Shown in pieces: positions 56,778-64,000 of a stretch of DNA of 64,000 bases. Source of the stretch: an uncultured bacterium. Its GTDB lineage: Bacteria; Acidobacteriota; Thermoanaerobaculia; Multivoradales; J023. The stretch's first letter is position 1; each line of letters opens with the position of its first letter. The notes below the pieces were generated by a model, which had not been told where the DNA came from, ran no database searches, and saw nothing but the letters and a program-made list of their open reading frames with translations. The stretch lies in contig CBDUYN010000022.1 in the NCBI GenBank assembly GCA_965371445.1, forward strand, positions 19,482 through 83,481, in the 5' to 3' direction. The position numbers and the translations under genes are program-made.

Positions 56778-57416
56778 CTACCAGGCCGGCTCCCAGATCT
56801 CTTGCATCTCGAGGAGGAGCCCTGGAAACTCGGGATCTCCGGAGATCGTCCCCGGATCCTCCAGCGCCTCCACCTCGCAACCGACGCGGTAGACGTCGAC
56901 CCGGCGCCGCAGAGGGTCGATCAACCATCCCAGGAGAGCCCCGTTGGCGACGTACTCCACCATCTTCGCTTCGAGGGGTGCCAAGGCGTCGGAGGGTGAG
57001 CGCAGCTCGACGACCAGAGCGGGACAGAGCGGCAGGAAGCGCTCGCGCTGGGCCGGAGAAAGCTGGCGCAGCCGGGAACGCTCGACCCAGGAAGCGTCCG
57101 GCGAGCGCATGGCACCGTTGGTCAGGGTGAAGCCGGTCGACGAATCGAAAACCCTTCCCTGGCCGTCACGGCGCGCCCAGGCGGTGAGCTGGCGCAGGAT
57201 CTCCGCGTTGCGGTCGCCGGTCAGGCCACCTGCCGGAGACATCAGGAGAAGCTCTCCGGCGGCGCTGCGCTCGATGTGCAGATCGCGGTTGTTGGCGCAG
57301 ATCCGGAAGAGCGCGTCATCGCTGAGATCGAAGGCTGAGTCGAGCCGGAGAGCCAGGGGGAACGAGCCCTCCCCCTCACCCAGGGACTCGGTGGTGGTGG
57401 TTGATGCTAAAGTCAT
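56778..57416 (-). CDS. Uma2-family (DUF820) putative restriction-endonuclease-like protein
   Basis: PD-(D/E)xK-like core ...GELLLMSPAGGLTGDRNAEILRQLTAW...GFTLTNGAMRSPDASWV...LCPALVVELRSPSD... typical of Uma2 proteins. Confidence 0.65.
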   Translation of the reverse strand: MTLASTTTTESLGEGEGSFPLALRLDSAFDLSDDALFRICANNRDLHIERSAAGELLLMSPAGGLTGDRNAEILRQLTAWARRDGQGRVFDSSTGFTLTNGAMRSPDASWVERSRLRQLSPAQRERFLPLCPALVVELRSPSDALAPLEAKMVEYVANGALLGWLIDPLRRRVDVYRVGCEVEALEDPGTISGDPEFPGLLLEMQEIWEPAW

Positions 57417-57498
57417 GAGGAGCCATCCGGTCTCAGTCTAGCACGCGGGACGTCTGTTGCGGAATCGCTGACTCACCCCACTCACCCCGCGGAACAGG

Positions 57499-58587
57499 TC
57501 AGAGGAGCTCGGCCACCGCATGGTCGGCGAGGAAGGCTTCCAGACGTTGCAGGTCCGCCCGACGCCAAGCACGCCGCTGGGGGTCGGTGTTGTCGTAGTG
57601 GACGGTGGCGTCGACAGTGATCAGAAGCTTTCCGAAGATGCCGAGCCGGTAGTCGAGCCAGCACTGCTCAAGGCCGTAGCCCCGTACACCGCCCTCCACG
57701 AGGGCGACGTGGTAGCCTTCGAGGAGGTCTTTTTCCATCCGCCGCCGCCGCTCGACGGCTACGGAGCTCGCCAGGAAATAGGTCAGATCCGTGGCGCACC
57801 GCCCCTGGGCGACGAGCTCCCAGTCGAAGAACACGACCGGTGGGTCGTCCGCGGCGACGCCGAACAAGAGGTTGTCCGCGTGGAGGTCCCGATGGAGGCA
57901 GGTCCGCGGCGGCTCAGCGAGCCGACGAAAGACTCCGGGGTCCTCCGCGAGCCGGTCGCCGACCTCGAGCAAGGTCGCCGAGAGCTCGACGTCGCCCAGC
58001 AGCTCTCCGATCACCGACGGATAGCGCTCCCACCACTCGCGAAACGGAAGCTGCGCGTAACTTTCGGCGCCTGGCAGCCAGGACATGCCGCGAAGGCGCG
58101 GGCTTTCCCACCAATGCGAGTGCATCCTCGCCAGTTGCCCGACGACGAGCTCGACGTCTGCCGCCTCGCACCCGGCTACGACGTCGGCGGCGCGCAAGTG
58201 GCTGACGTCCTCGAGGATCTGGACCGAAACTCCCGCATCGACGCTCGTGGCGCTGTAGAAGCAACGCGGCGCCGCCAGGCTGGGATGTCCGGCCATCTCG
58301 GCGTAGAACCAGGCTTCGCCTTCAGCGAGGTCTCCAGGCGGGACCAACTCGTTCACAAGAGGCGAGAACTTTCCGACCAGGGACGACGGAGCCCCCTCTT
58401 CAGGAGAGTCGTAAACGAGCTCGAAACGCACGAGTTGGGCGATAAAACCCTGGGCTTCTCCGATGCTCGCCGGCCGCACGGAGCGAACCCGCGTCCAGAC
58501 GAGGGCTCCCGCTTCGCGCAGCACGCCGGTCAACCAGACGGGGGTCACCTGCTTGGGGTGGGTTGGGACGTCCGTTGTGGTACGCAC
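57499..58587 (-). CDS. Aminoglycoside-phosphotransferase-like (APH/CHK) small-molecule kinase family protein
   Basis: Catalytic loop LHRDLHADNLLF and Mg-binding FFDWELVAQG (Brenner-motif variant). 362 aa. Confidence 0.7.
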   Translation of the reverse strand: MRTTTDVPTHPKQVTPVWLTGVLREAGALVWTRVRSVRPASIGEAQGFIAQLVRFELVYDSPEEGAPSSLVGKFSPLVNELVPPGDLAEGEAWFYAEMAGHPSLAAPRCFYSATSVDAGVSVQILEDVSHLRAADVVAGCEAADVELVVGQLARMHSHWWESPRLRGMSWLPGAESYAQLPFREWWERYPSVIGELLGDVELSATLLEVGDRLAEDPGVFRRLAEPPRTCLHRDLHADNLLFGVAADDPPVVFFDWELVAQGRCATDLTYFLASSVAVERRRRMEKDLLEGYHVALVEGGVRGYGLEQCWLDYRLGIFGKLLITVDATVHYDNTDPQRRAWRRADLQRLEAFLADHAVAELL

Positions 58588-58664
58588 GAGATCGTCGTCT
58601 CAGTCGATGACCCGGGCGTCGACGAGAGGCCCTGGGCTACCTGGGGAATTGAGGCCGGCCGAAA

Positions 58665-59690
58665 CTATCGCACGACTCGCAGGTTGTAGCTCCCGGTACC
58701 GGAGAGGGTGTTGAAGTGCCGGATCTGGACGAAGTACTCGCCCGGGGCGAGGTCGGCCACGATCCTCGAATTCCTGCCGACGCCGCCGTCGTCGTCCTCG
58801 GCGATGAGCCGGGTCTTGCTGTCGGGGCCGAAGAGCTTCATCACGACGTCGGTCTCCCCGCCGGTCTCGACGGTATGGCGGCCGCTATCTTCGACGACGA
58901 ACCGGAAGAGGTCTTCCTCGCCCAGCGCGCCGATGCCCGCGGAGACCCCCGACGTGTCGATCACGGCGACGTCGACCGCTTCAACCGGATCCTCGCCGCG
59001 CCCAGGGTAGGCGTCGGCGCTCTTGATGAACCCCTTGTCGCCAGCGGAGAGCTCCTCGTTTTCGTGGGTGCCGCCGCTGCCCACGGTCCAGCGGGAGGGA
59101 AACGCGTAGAGCATGATCGAGTCGGGGTCGAACTCGGTGCCTCGGATCTGGCTGTGGCTGTATTTCTCGAGCACGTTGTGCTCGATTTGCGACACGGTCC
59201 AGTTGTTCGGCGGGCCGCTCAAATCGGCAATAACCGCGTTACGGTTCCACTTGATGCCCCCTTCCGGGTTCTGATGCTCATGCCCGAGGCCGATGGCATG
59301 ACCGAATTCGTGGGCCGCCGTACCGCCGTCGAGGAAGCCGAGGTTCATCGTCGCCTGGTTCAGGGGAATGCTCTTGGCGTCGGTGCCGACGTAGGACCAG
59401 GCACCGTCGGTCGAGTCGAAGGTGATCCGGATGTCCGCGTCGGGCGCGTCGTTGAAGTCGAAGCTCAAGTTGGCGTGCTGGGTCCACCACCCGGCTTGCT
59501 CCAGCGCCAGGGCCTTCTGATCGGAGTTGCCCTCGATGAATCGGACGCTCAGGGTCGAGCCGTTGATCCACCTCTTGCGGAACTCGAGCACGGCCTTCAA
59601 GGGGCCGCCGCCGATGCGCATCATGCGTAACGGGCGATGGAGCTCGCTGGGTAGAATTCTGTCAAAGCAGATTTTCGGAGCTTGGGACAT
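58665..59690 (-). CDS. Secreted astacin-like (M12-type) zinc metalloprotease with a C-terminal pre-peptidase (PPC) domain
   Basis: HEFGHAIGLGHEHQ (HExxHxxGxxHE astacin signature), Met-turn SIMLY, and a PPC-like C-terminus (DLFRFVVEDSGRHTVETGGETDVVMKLFGPD...PGEYFVQIRHFN). Confidence 0.75.
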   Translation of the reverse strand: MSQAPKICFDRILPSELHRPLRMMRIGGGPLKAVLEFRKRWINGSTLSVRFIEGNSDQKALALEQAGWWTQHANLSFDFNDAPDADIRITFDSTDGAWSYVGTDAKSIPLNQATMNLGFLDGGTAAHEFGHAIGLGHEHQNPEGGIKWNRNAVIADLSGPPNNWTVSQIEHNVLEKYSHSQIRGTEFDPDSIMLYAFPSRWTVGSGGTHENEELSAGDKGFIKSADAYPGRGEDPVEAVDVAVIDTSGVSAGIGALGEEDLFRFVVEDSGRHTVETGGETDVVMKLFGPDSKTRLIAEDDDGGVGRNSRIVADLAPGEYFVQIRHFNTLSGTGSYNLRVVR

Positions 59691-59850
59691 TATCCACTCC
59701 TTTTCTTTTGGCGCCGTCTTGCGGCGCCGGTTTCAACCTGGGCAAAGTACAGAACTAAGAATCATAGCAGACTCACGGCGTCCGCGCAAGCCGCTACGAG
59801 CTCGCTACGAGCTCGTGCTACCCCAACGAGCTCGCGGGTGCTCGTGCGAC

Positions 59851-60912
59851 CTATTCCTTGAGACCTTCGAGAATTCTCTCGATCCGCGCGTGCTGGGCCT
59901 CGGGCGCCATCGACAGGGCCTTTTCGTAGTTGGCGACGGCCTGCGCCGTCTCATCCACGGTGGCCTGGCACTCGGCGAGGCTGTCGTAGACGTTCCAGGA
60001 GTCCGGATAGTCCTTGACGTTTTTCTCGAAAAACGCGATGGCCTTCTCGGCCTCACCACGGCCCATGCTCTGGTAGCCGAGAGCGTTGACCTGCGCCTCG
60101 TTGGCGATGGAAAGGACTTTCTCGGCGATCTCCTCGGCCTCTTCCCCTCTGTCCATCTGGCGCAGCAGGCGTGCCTTGACGTTCAGGTTCTGGTAATGCT
60201 CCTCCATGCCGAGCGAACGGTCGATCCACCCCAGGGCCTCCTCGTGGTGGACGTCGTTTTGGACGCAGTAGTTGGCGGCGCTCATCCAGCCCATCCAGGA
60301 AAAGCGCGGCAGGGAGCGCAGGTCGCTGCGGATCTTGGCGAGCGCGTGATCATGGGTCTCGACCTCGATGCGCACCGGCACCTCGACCTCGGCCCAGCGC
60401 AGGGCGAGCGTCGCGCCGTCGATCGCCAGGTCGTCGAAGCGGTACTCCAGGGCCTCGTGAAACGCCACCTTGCGCGGCTCGACCTCGACGCGCAGCGCGT
60501 CCTCGGACTCGTCGTAGGAGAAGCTCCCCCAGGCCGTCGAGGTGTGGCTGAAGATGACGGTCCACTTCTCCTCGGTCGGGATCATGTGGAGGCCGTAGGT
60601 GCCGGCGGCGAGGTCCTGGCCCTCGACGCGCACCGGGTGGGGAAAGTGGACGGTGGTGTTGTCGTTGGCTCCGGCCCGCCACACCGCGCCGTAGGGCACC
60701 AGGCCGCCGAAGATCTCACGGTCCTGGGCCAGGGGCCGATGATAGCTGACGGTGACGTCGGTGACGCCGATCCTCTGGACGAGGGTGGCTCCCGGGCTGC
60801 GCCGCGGCAGGCCTTGGATCTGCTGGGCCCAGAGCGGGGCCGTCGTCAAGACGGCGCAGATCAGGACGAGGGCGATACGAAACGTTCGGGGAAGAATCGA
60901 GTTGCGAGACAT
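59851..60912 (-). CDS. Secreted DUF2911-like beta-barrel protein with C-terminal TPR repeats
   Basis: Start MSRNSILPRTFRIALVLICAVLTTAPLWA (signal peptide). Middle region resembles DUF2911 (VSYHRP...GGLVPYGAVWRAGANDNTTVHF). C-terminal TPR-like helices. Upstream track extension is spurious. Confidence 0.55.
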   Translation of the reverse strand: MSRNSILPRTFRIALVLICAVLTTAPLWAQQIQGLPRRSPGATLVQRIGVTDVTVSYHRPLAQDREIFGGLVPYGAVWRAGANDNTTVHFPHPVRVEGQDLAAGTYGLHMIPTEEKWTVIFSHTSTAWGSFSYDESEDALRVEVEPRKVAFHEALEYRFDDLAIDGATLALRWAEVEVPVRIEVETHDHALAKIRSDLRSLPRFSWMGWMSAANYCVQNDVHHEEALGWIDRSLGMEEHYQNLNVKARLLRQMDRGEEAEEIAEKVLSIANEAQVNALGYQSMGRGEAEKAIAFFEKNVKDYPDSWNVYDSLAECQATVDETAQAVANYEKALSMAPEAQHARIERILEGLKE

Positions 60913-61142
60913 GCTGAACCTCCAGTCGTGGGTGGCTGCCGTGGGCAGCGGGGACGTCCGCGGGCTCGCCGCGGACGGTGCGGTGTGGTCTGTCGAGGGA
61001 ATACGTCGTCCGCGGCGCCAGGTTGCGCGGTGGCGGCGGCGTCCGTCACCGGGAGAGAGCGGGTCGTCCCTAAGCATCGTCACGCCACGGACTCACATCC
61101 GGCCCACCCTATGAAGGCGGAAACGCCCCCTCACTATGGCCC

Positions 61143-62036
61143 TCAGGCACCCGACGCCCGGGAACCAGCCCAGGCGGCACGGGCGTCGACGGTGAAGATG
61201 GCGAGCGCCGTCCAGATGAGGACGAAAGCGACCAAGTGCGACGTCTCGAAGGGCTCGCGATAGACGGTGACCGCAAGCAGGAACTGACCCGTCGGCGCCA
61301 GGTACTGGAGGAGACCGACGGTCGAGAGCGGCAGGCGCTTGGCGCCGTGGTGGAACCAGACGAGCGGCACGAGCGTGATGGCACCCGTGGCGAAGATCAG
61401 GACGTGGGTCGCCGCGTCGGCGTGGCCGAAAGCTCCCGTCCCGGCGGCCTCGCGGCGTCCCAGGTCGATCAGCATCAGGGGCACGAGCAGCGCACACTCG
61501 AAGAAAAGCCCCTCTTCGGGAGAGGCCCGCATCTGCTTGCGCAGGAGCGCGTAGAAGCCGAACGTCAGGGCGAGCGTCAAGGCGATCCAGGGCACCTTGC
61601 CGACGCGGAACGCCAAGAAGAGCACACCCGCCGCGGCGATCCCCACTGAAGCCCACTGCCAGCGGCGCAGGCGCTCGCCCAGGAAGACGAGCCCCAAGAC
61701 GACGCTGAGCAAAGGGTTGATGAAGTACCCGAGGCTCGCCTCGAGGATGTGCTCGTGGTGCATCGCCCAGATGTAGAGGAACCAGTTGGTGGCGATGAGC
61801 GCCGTCGTCAAGACGAGCGCCACCACGCTCCGGCGGTGAGAAAGCATCGCACCGAGCGAGCCCCATCTCCGCTGCCACGTCAGGACGCCGACGAGCATCA
61901 CACCGCACCAGAGGACGCGGTGCGCCACGAGCTCCTCCGATGGCACGTGGCCGATCGCCTTCCAGAAGATGGGCGAGAGGCCCCAGATCAGGAAGGCGGC
62001 GACCGTGTAGAGAAAACCTTTGCCAGCTTCGTTCAA
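61143..62036 (-). CDS. rarD: EamA/RarD-family transporter
   Basis: Ten TM helices and the RarD signature ...LYTVAAFLIWGLSPIFWK...GYFINPLLSVVLGLVFLGERL... 297 aa. Confidence 0.8.
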   Translation of the reverse strand: MNEAGKGFLYTVAAFLIWGLSPIFWKAIGHVPSEELVAHRVLWCGVMLVGVLTWQRRWGSLGAMLSHRRSVVALVLTTALIATNWFLYIWAMHHEHILEASLGYFINPLLSVVLGLVFLGERLRRWQWASVGIAAAGVLFLAFRVGKVPWIALTLALTFGFYALLRKQMRASPEEGLFFECALLVPLMLIDLGRREAAGTGAFGHADAATHVLIFATGAITLVPLVWFHHGAKRLPLSTVGLLQYLAPTGQFLLAVTVYREPFETSHLVAFVLIWTALAIFTVDARAAWAGSRASGA

Positions 62037-62043
62037 GGAGCCG

Positions 62044-62235
62044 TCACTCGGCGACCACGCTGCCGCAGGGGAGCACCGAAGACCCGTAGTAAGGGTTCGT
62101 GACAGCCCCCTTGGCCTGGAGCCACGACTTCCGGACCCTCGGACAGTAGACGACGACCGGACGCCCTTCGGCAGCCCCCGTCGCCTCCCGGTAGCGAACC
62201 AGGGCGAGGTAGAGGATGCGGCGCGCCGTTTTCAT
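62044..62235 (-). CDS. Small conserved hypothetical protein (63 aa, Cys-containing)
   Basis: MKTARRILYLALVRYREATGAAEGRPVVVYCPRVRKSWLQAKGAVTNPYYGSSVLPCGSVVAE. It sits 8 nt downstream of rarD. Confidence 0.4.
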   Translation of the reverse strand: MKTARRILYLALVRYREATGAAEGRPVVVYCPRVRKSWLQAKGAVTNPYYGSSVLPCGSVVAE

Positions 62236-62356
62236 GGCCTTTCAGGATAGAGCCAGGGGCCGGAGGCTGTCAAGTGACGATTTCCGGCGAGAGAGCAACG
62301 TGAGACACTGTCTTCAGGAGCTCAGGACGAATCGAAACCACCTGAACGGAGGTGTC

Positions 62357-63628
62357 ATGAGCGCGAACGAACATCCGATCGTCTTCGTCCACGGTGTCCT
62401 TGGCTGGGGACCCGAAGAGGCGGGTTTTGGCCGCTACTGGGAAGGGGCGCACGACGCGGCTCCTGACGGCAAAAAAGTAGGCTTCGCGTCAGTCGGGCCG
62501 ATCTCCTCGCACTGGGACCGGGCCCGTGAGCTCTTCTACCGCATCCAAGGCGGCGAGGTCGACTACGGTAGGCGGCATGCGGATCACTTCGGCCACGATC
62601 GCCGGCGCGGGGGCTGGACCGTCGAGGAGGCGCTCTATCCGGATTGGAGCCCGAGCCGTCCGATCCACCTTGTCGGGCATTCCCAGGGAGCGTGTACGAT
62701 CCGGGTCCTGCAGCACATGTTGTCCGAGGGCCTCTTCGAAGGCCAGCCGGCGAGCGACGGCTGGATCCGGTCGATCACCACGATCTCCGGAGTCAACAAC
62801 GGCAGCACCCTCACCTACGCCAAGGGCTTTGCCGAGGACGACGGCCGGCTGTCGCGGCTTGGGACGGAGCTCGTGGCGTCCTTGACCGGCCTCACTCTGA
62901 CGACGAGCCTTCATCTGGCGCAGACGCCGTTGTTCCTCGGCAAGCTCCTGCTCCACCTGCCGCATGTCATCGACGGCTACAACTGGGACCTGGAGCATTG
63001 GGGGCTTCGCCGCCGGGAATGGAGACCCTTCGGCTGGCGCTTGTGGCACGAGCCGCTGGCGAAGTTCTTTCTCCGCGTCCTGCTCCACGGCTTCCTCTAC
63101 GGCAAGGACAACGCGGCCTACGATCTCTCGCTTCACGGCATGGCCGCCTGGAACCGAGTGCTCCGCGAATCGCCAGAGACCTTCTACTTCGCCTACGTGA
63201 CCGTGGCGACCCACGAATTCGAGGGCCGTCAGGTGGGGCTCGACGACATGAACCCCCTGCTGCGGAGCTTCGCCGACCACATGGGGCGTTTCTCCGAGCC
63301 GATCGACGGCGTGCCCGGTTTCGATCCCGAGGCCTGGTGGCCGAACGACGGCGGCGTCTCAAGTGTCTCCCAGGTCGAGCCCTGGCTGGGCCGGCCCGGC
63401 GTCGCGAAGGGCGGCGAGGCGGCCCGCGACGAGTACCGGCGGCACTGGGACGGCGTCGATTGGCCCGCGGAAGAGCCCGACCCCGGGATCTGGCACGTGA
63501 TGCGGGACACCTTCAAGGAATGGGACCACCTCGATGTCGTCGTCTTTCCCGACGATTCCGAGAAGCGTCAGAGGCAGATCGAGTTCTACGGGGAGCTGAT
63601 GGAACGGCTTTGGGGCCTGCCATCGTGA
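62357..63628 (+). CDS. Alpha/beta-hydrolase triacylglycerol-lipase-family protein
   Basis: RBS GGAGG then ATG at 62357. Oxyanion-hole region PIVFVHGVLGW. Nucleophile elbow GHSQG (GxSxG). 423 aa. Confidence 0.7.
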   Translation: MSANEHPIVFVHGVLGWGPEEAGFGRYWEGAHDAAPDGKKVGFASVGPISSHWDRARELFYRIQGGEVDYGRRHADHFGHDRRRGGWTVEEALYPDWSPSRPIHLVGHSQGACTIRVLQHMLSEGLFEGQPASDGWIRSITTISGVNNGSTLTYAKGFAEDDGRLSRLGTELVASLTGLTLTTSLHLAQTPLFLGKLLLHLPHVIDGYNWDLEHWGLRRREWRPFGWRLWHEPLAKFFLRVLLHGFLYGKDNAAYDLSLHGMAAWNRVLRESPETFYFAYVTVATHEFEGRQVGLDDMNPLLRSFADHMGRFSEPIDGVPGFDPEAWWPNDGGVSSVSQVEPWLGRPGVAKGGEAARDEYRRHWDGVDWPAEEPDPGIWHVMRDTFKEWDHLDVVVFPDDSEKRQRQIEFYGELMERLWGLPS

Positions 63629-63699
63629 TCTTGCGTGCCAACCCGGTGGCGGCGGCAGGTCGCCGTACGGCCATCGCGGCGCTTCACCATTCATCAACC

Positions 63700-63737
63700 C
63701 CTTCGATCCGAGCCGTGGCCTCGTGCCACGGCTCTTT
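63700..63737 (+). terminator. Rho-independent terminator downstream of the lipase gene
   Basis: GAGCCGTGGcctcgtGCCACGGCTC hairpin followed by TTTTTTT. Confidence 0.7.
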
Positions 63738-64000
63738 TTTTGCCCACGCTTCCCTGGGTTGAGCCCCGCTTTGCGAAGAAGACCGCAAATGGGGGTTTCA
63801 AAGGGCGCGCCAGACGGCTCGACGCGGCTTTGGGGGTTCGAAATCGAACGCCGAACGGTCCGCTTCGGCCTGGGGGAATCCCCCAAGCCGCCGGGAACCG
63901 TCGGCCGCCGTATGGAGAGAACGACATCCGCGCGCTGAACCGATCGGTTCGGCTGTGGAGACCTGCCCTTCCGGCCGAGAACGGTTGCGGCCGGAATTGG

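Noticed and set aside
63740-64000. Possible tRNA/tmRNA/ncRNA at the 3' edge (GGGGGTTCGAAATCGAACG, several hairpins)
   Set aside because: No cloverleaf can be assembled, the T-loop consensus (GGTTCGAATCC) is not matched, and no tmRNA/RNase P/SRP conserved boxes are present. Left unannotated.
1-64000. CRISPR arrays or IS/transposase genes
   Set aside because: No spacer-repeat arrays (only short 2-4-unit tandem repeats) and no transposase or integrase-like ORFs seen in any frame.

Overview
High-GC (~68-70%) bacterial chromosomal window. It is probably Acidobacteriota-like: it carries an ADOP-type FtsX permease remnant, a TIGR02999-type ECF sigma factor coupled to a Ser/Thr kinase, and many secreted beta-propeller proteins. 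Protein family calls are read from motifs and domain order in the supplied translations, not from a search; protein coordinates include start and stop codons, and many long high-GC ORFs in the track are spurious antisense frames.

Core content: (i) a cbb3-type cytochrome oxidase cluster (fixG/ccoG-like polyferredoxin, diheme cytochrome c, ccoN, ccoO, two small membrane proteins, Cu-ATPase ccoI); (ii) secreted enzymes, including a PQQ-type sugar dehydrogenase, an arylsulfotransferase, a BNR-repeat propeller and an astacin-like protease; (iii) housekeeping genes ndk, sucD and sucC plus a molybdopterin oxidoreductase.

Most interesting block (32-46.6 kb): a propeller sensor histidine kinase, then two tail-to-tail paralogous giant proteins. 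Each is built as N-terminal effector, P-loop NTPase, single TM helix, then a C-terminal FGE-sulfatase (SUMF1) domain. One N-terminus is DUF4062/TIR-like and the other is a Ser/Thr kinase. The kinase protein is translationally coupled (ATGA overlap) to a TIGR02999-type ECF sigma factor. Downstream lie two paralogous secreted zincin-like proteins, one with HExxH and one with the degenerate HQxxH. This looks like an undescribed STAND-like, NTPase-centred signalling or conflict module with an extracytoplasmic FGE sensor.

Other notable features:
- A ~110-aa cysteine-bracketed C-terminal domain is shared by two unrelated secreted enzymes.
- A lower-GC 1246-aa repeat protein sits beside a class-II photolyase remnant.
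- A mosaic locus holds three creatininase-family copies, including a 345-bp identical gene-conversion tract, interrupted by ~45%-GC foreign DNA encoding a lysine-rich 445-aa protein and an OLD/AAA_15-like ATPase fragment.
- A pocket of gene remnants (Ser/Thr kinase N-terminus, internally deleted ADOP permease).
- Several tandem repeats and REP-like palindromes.
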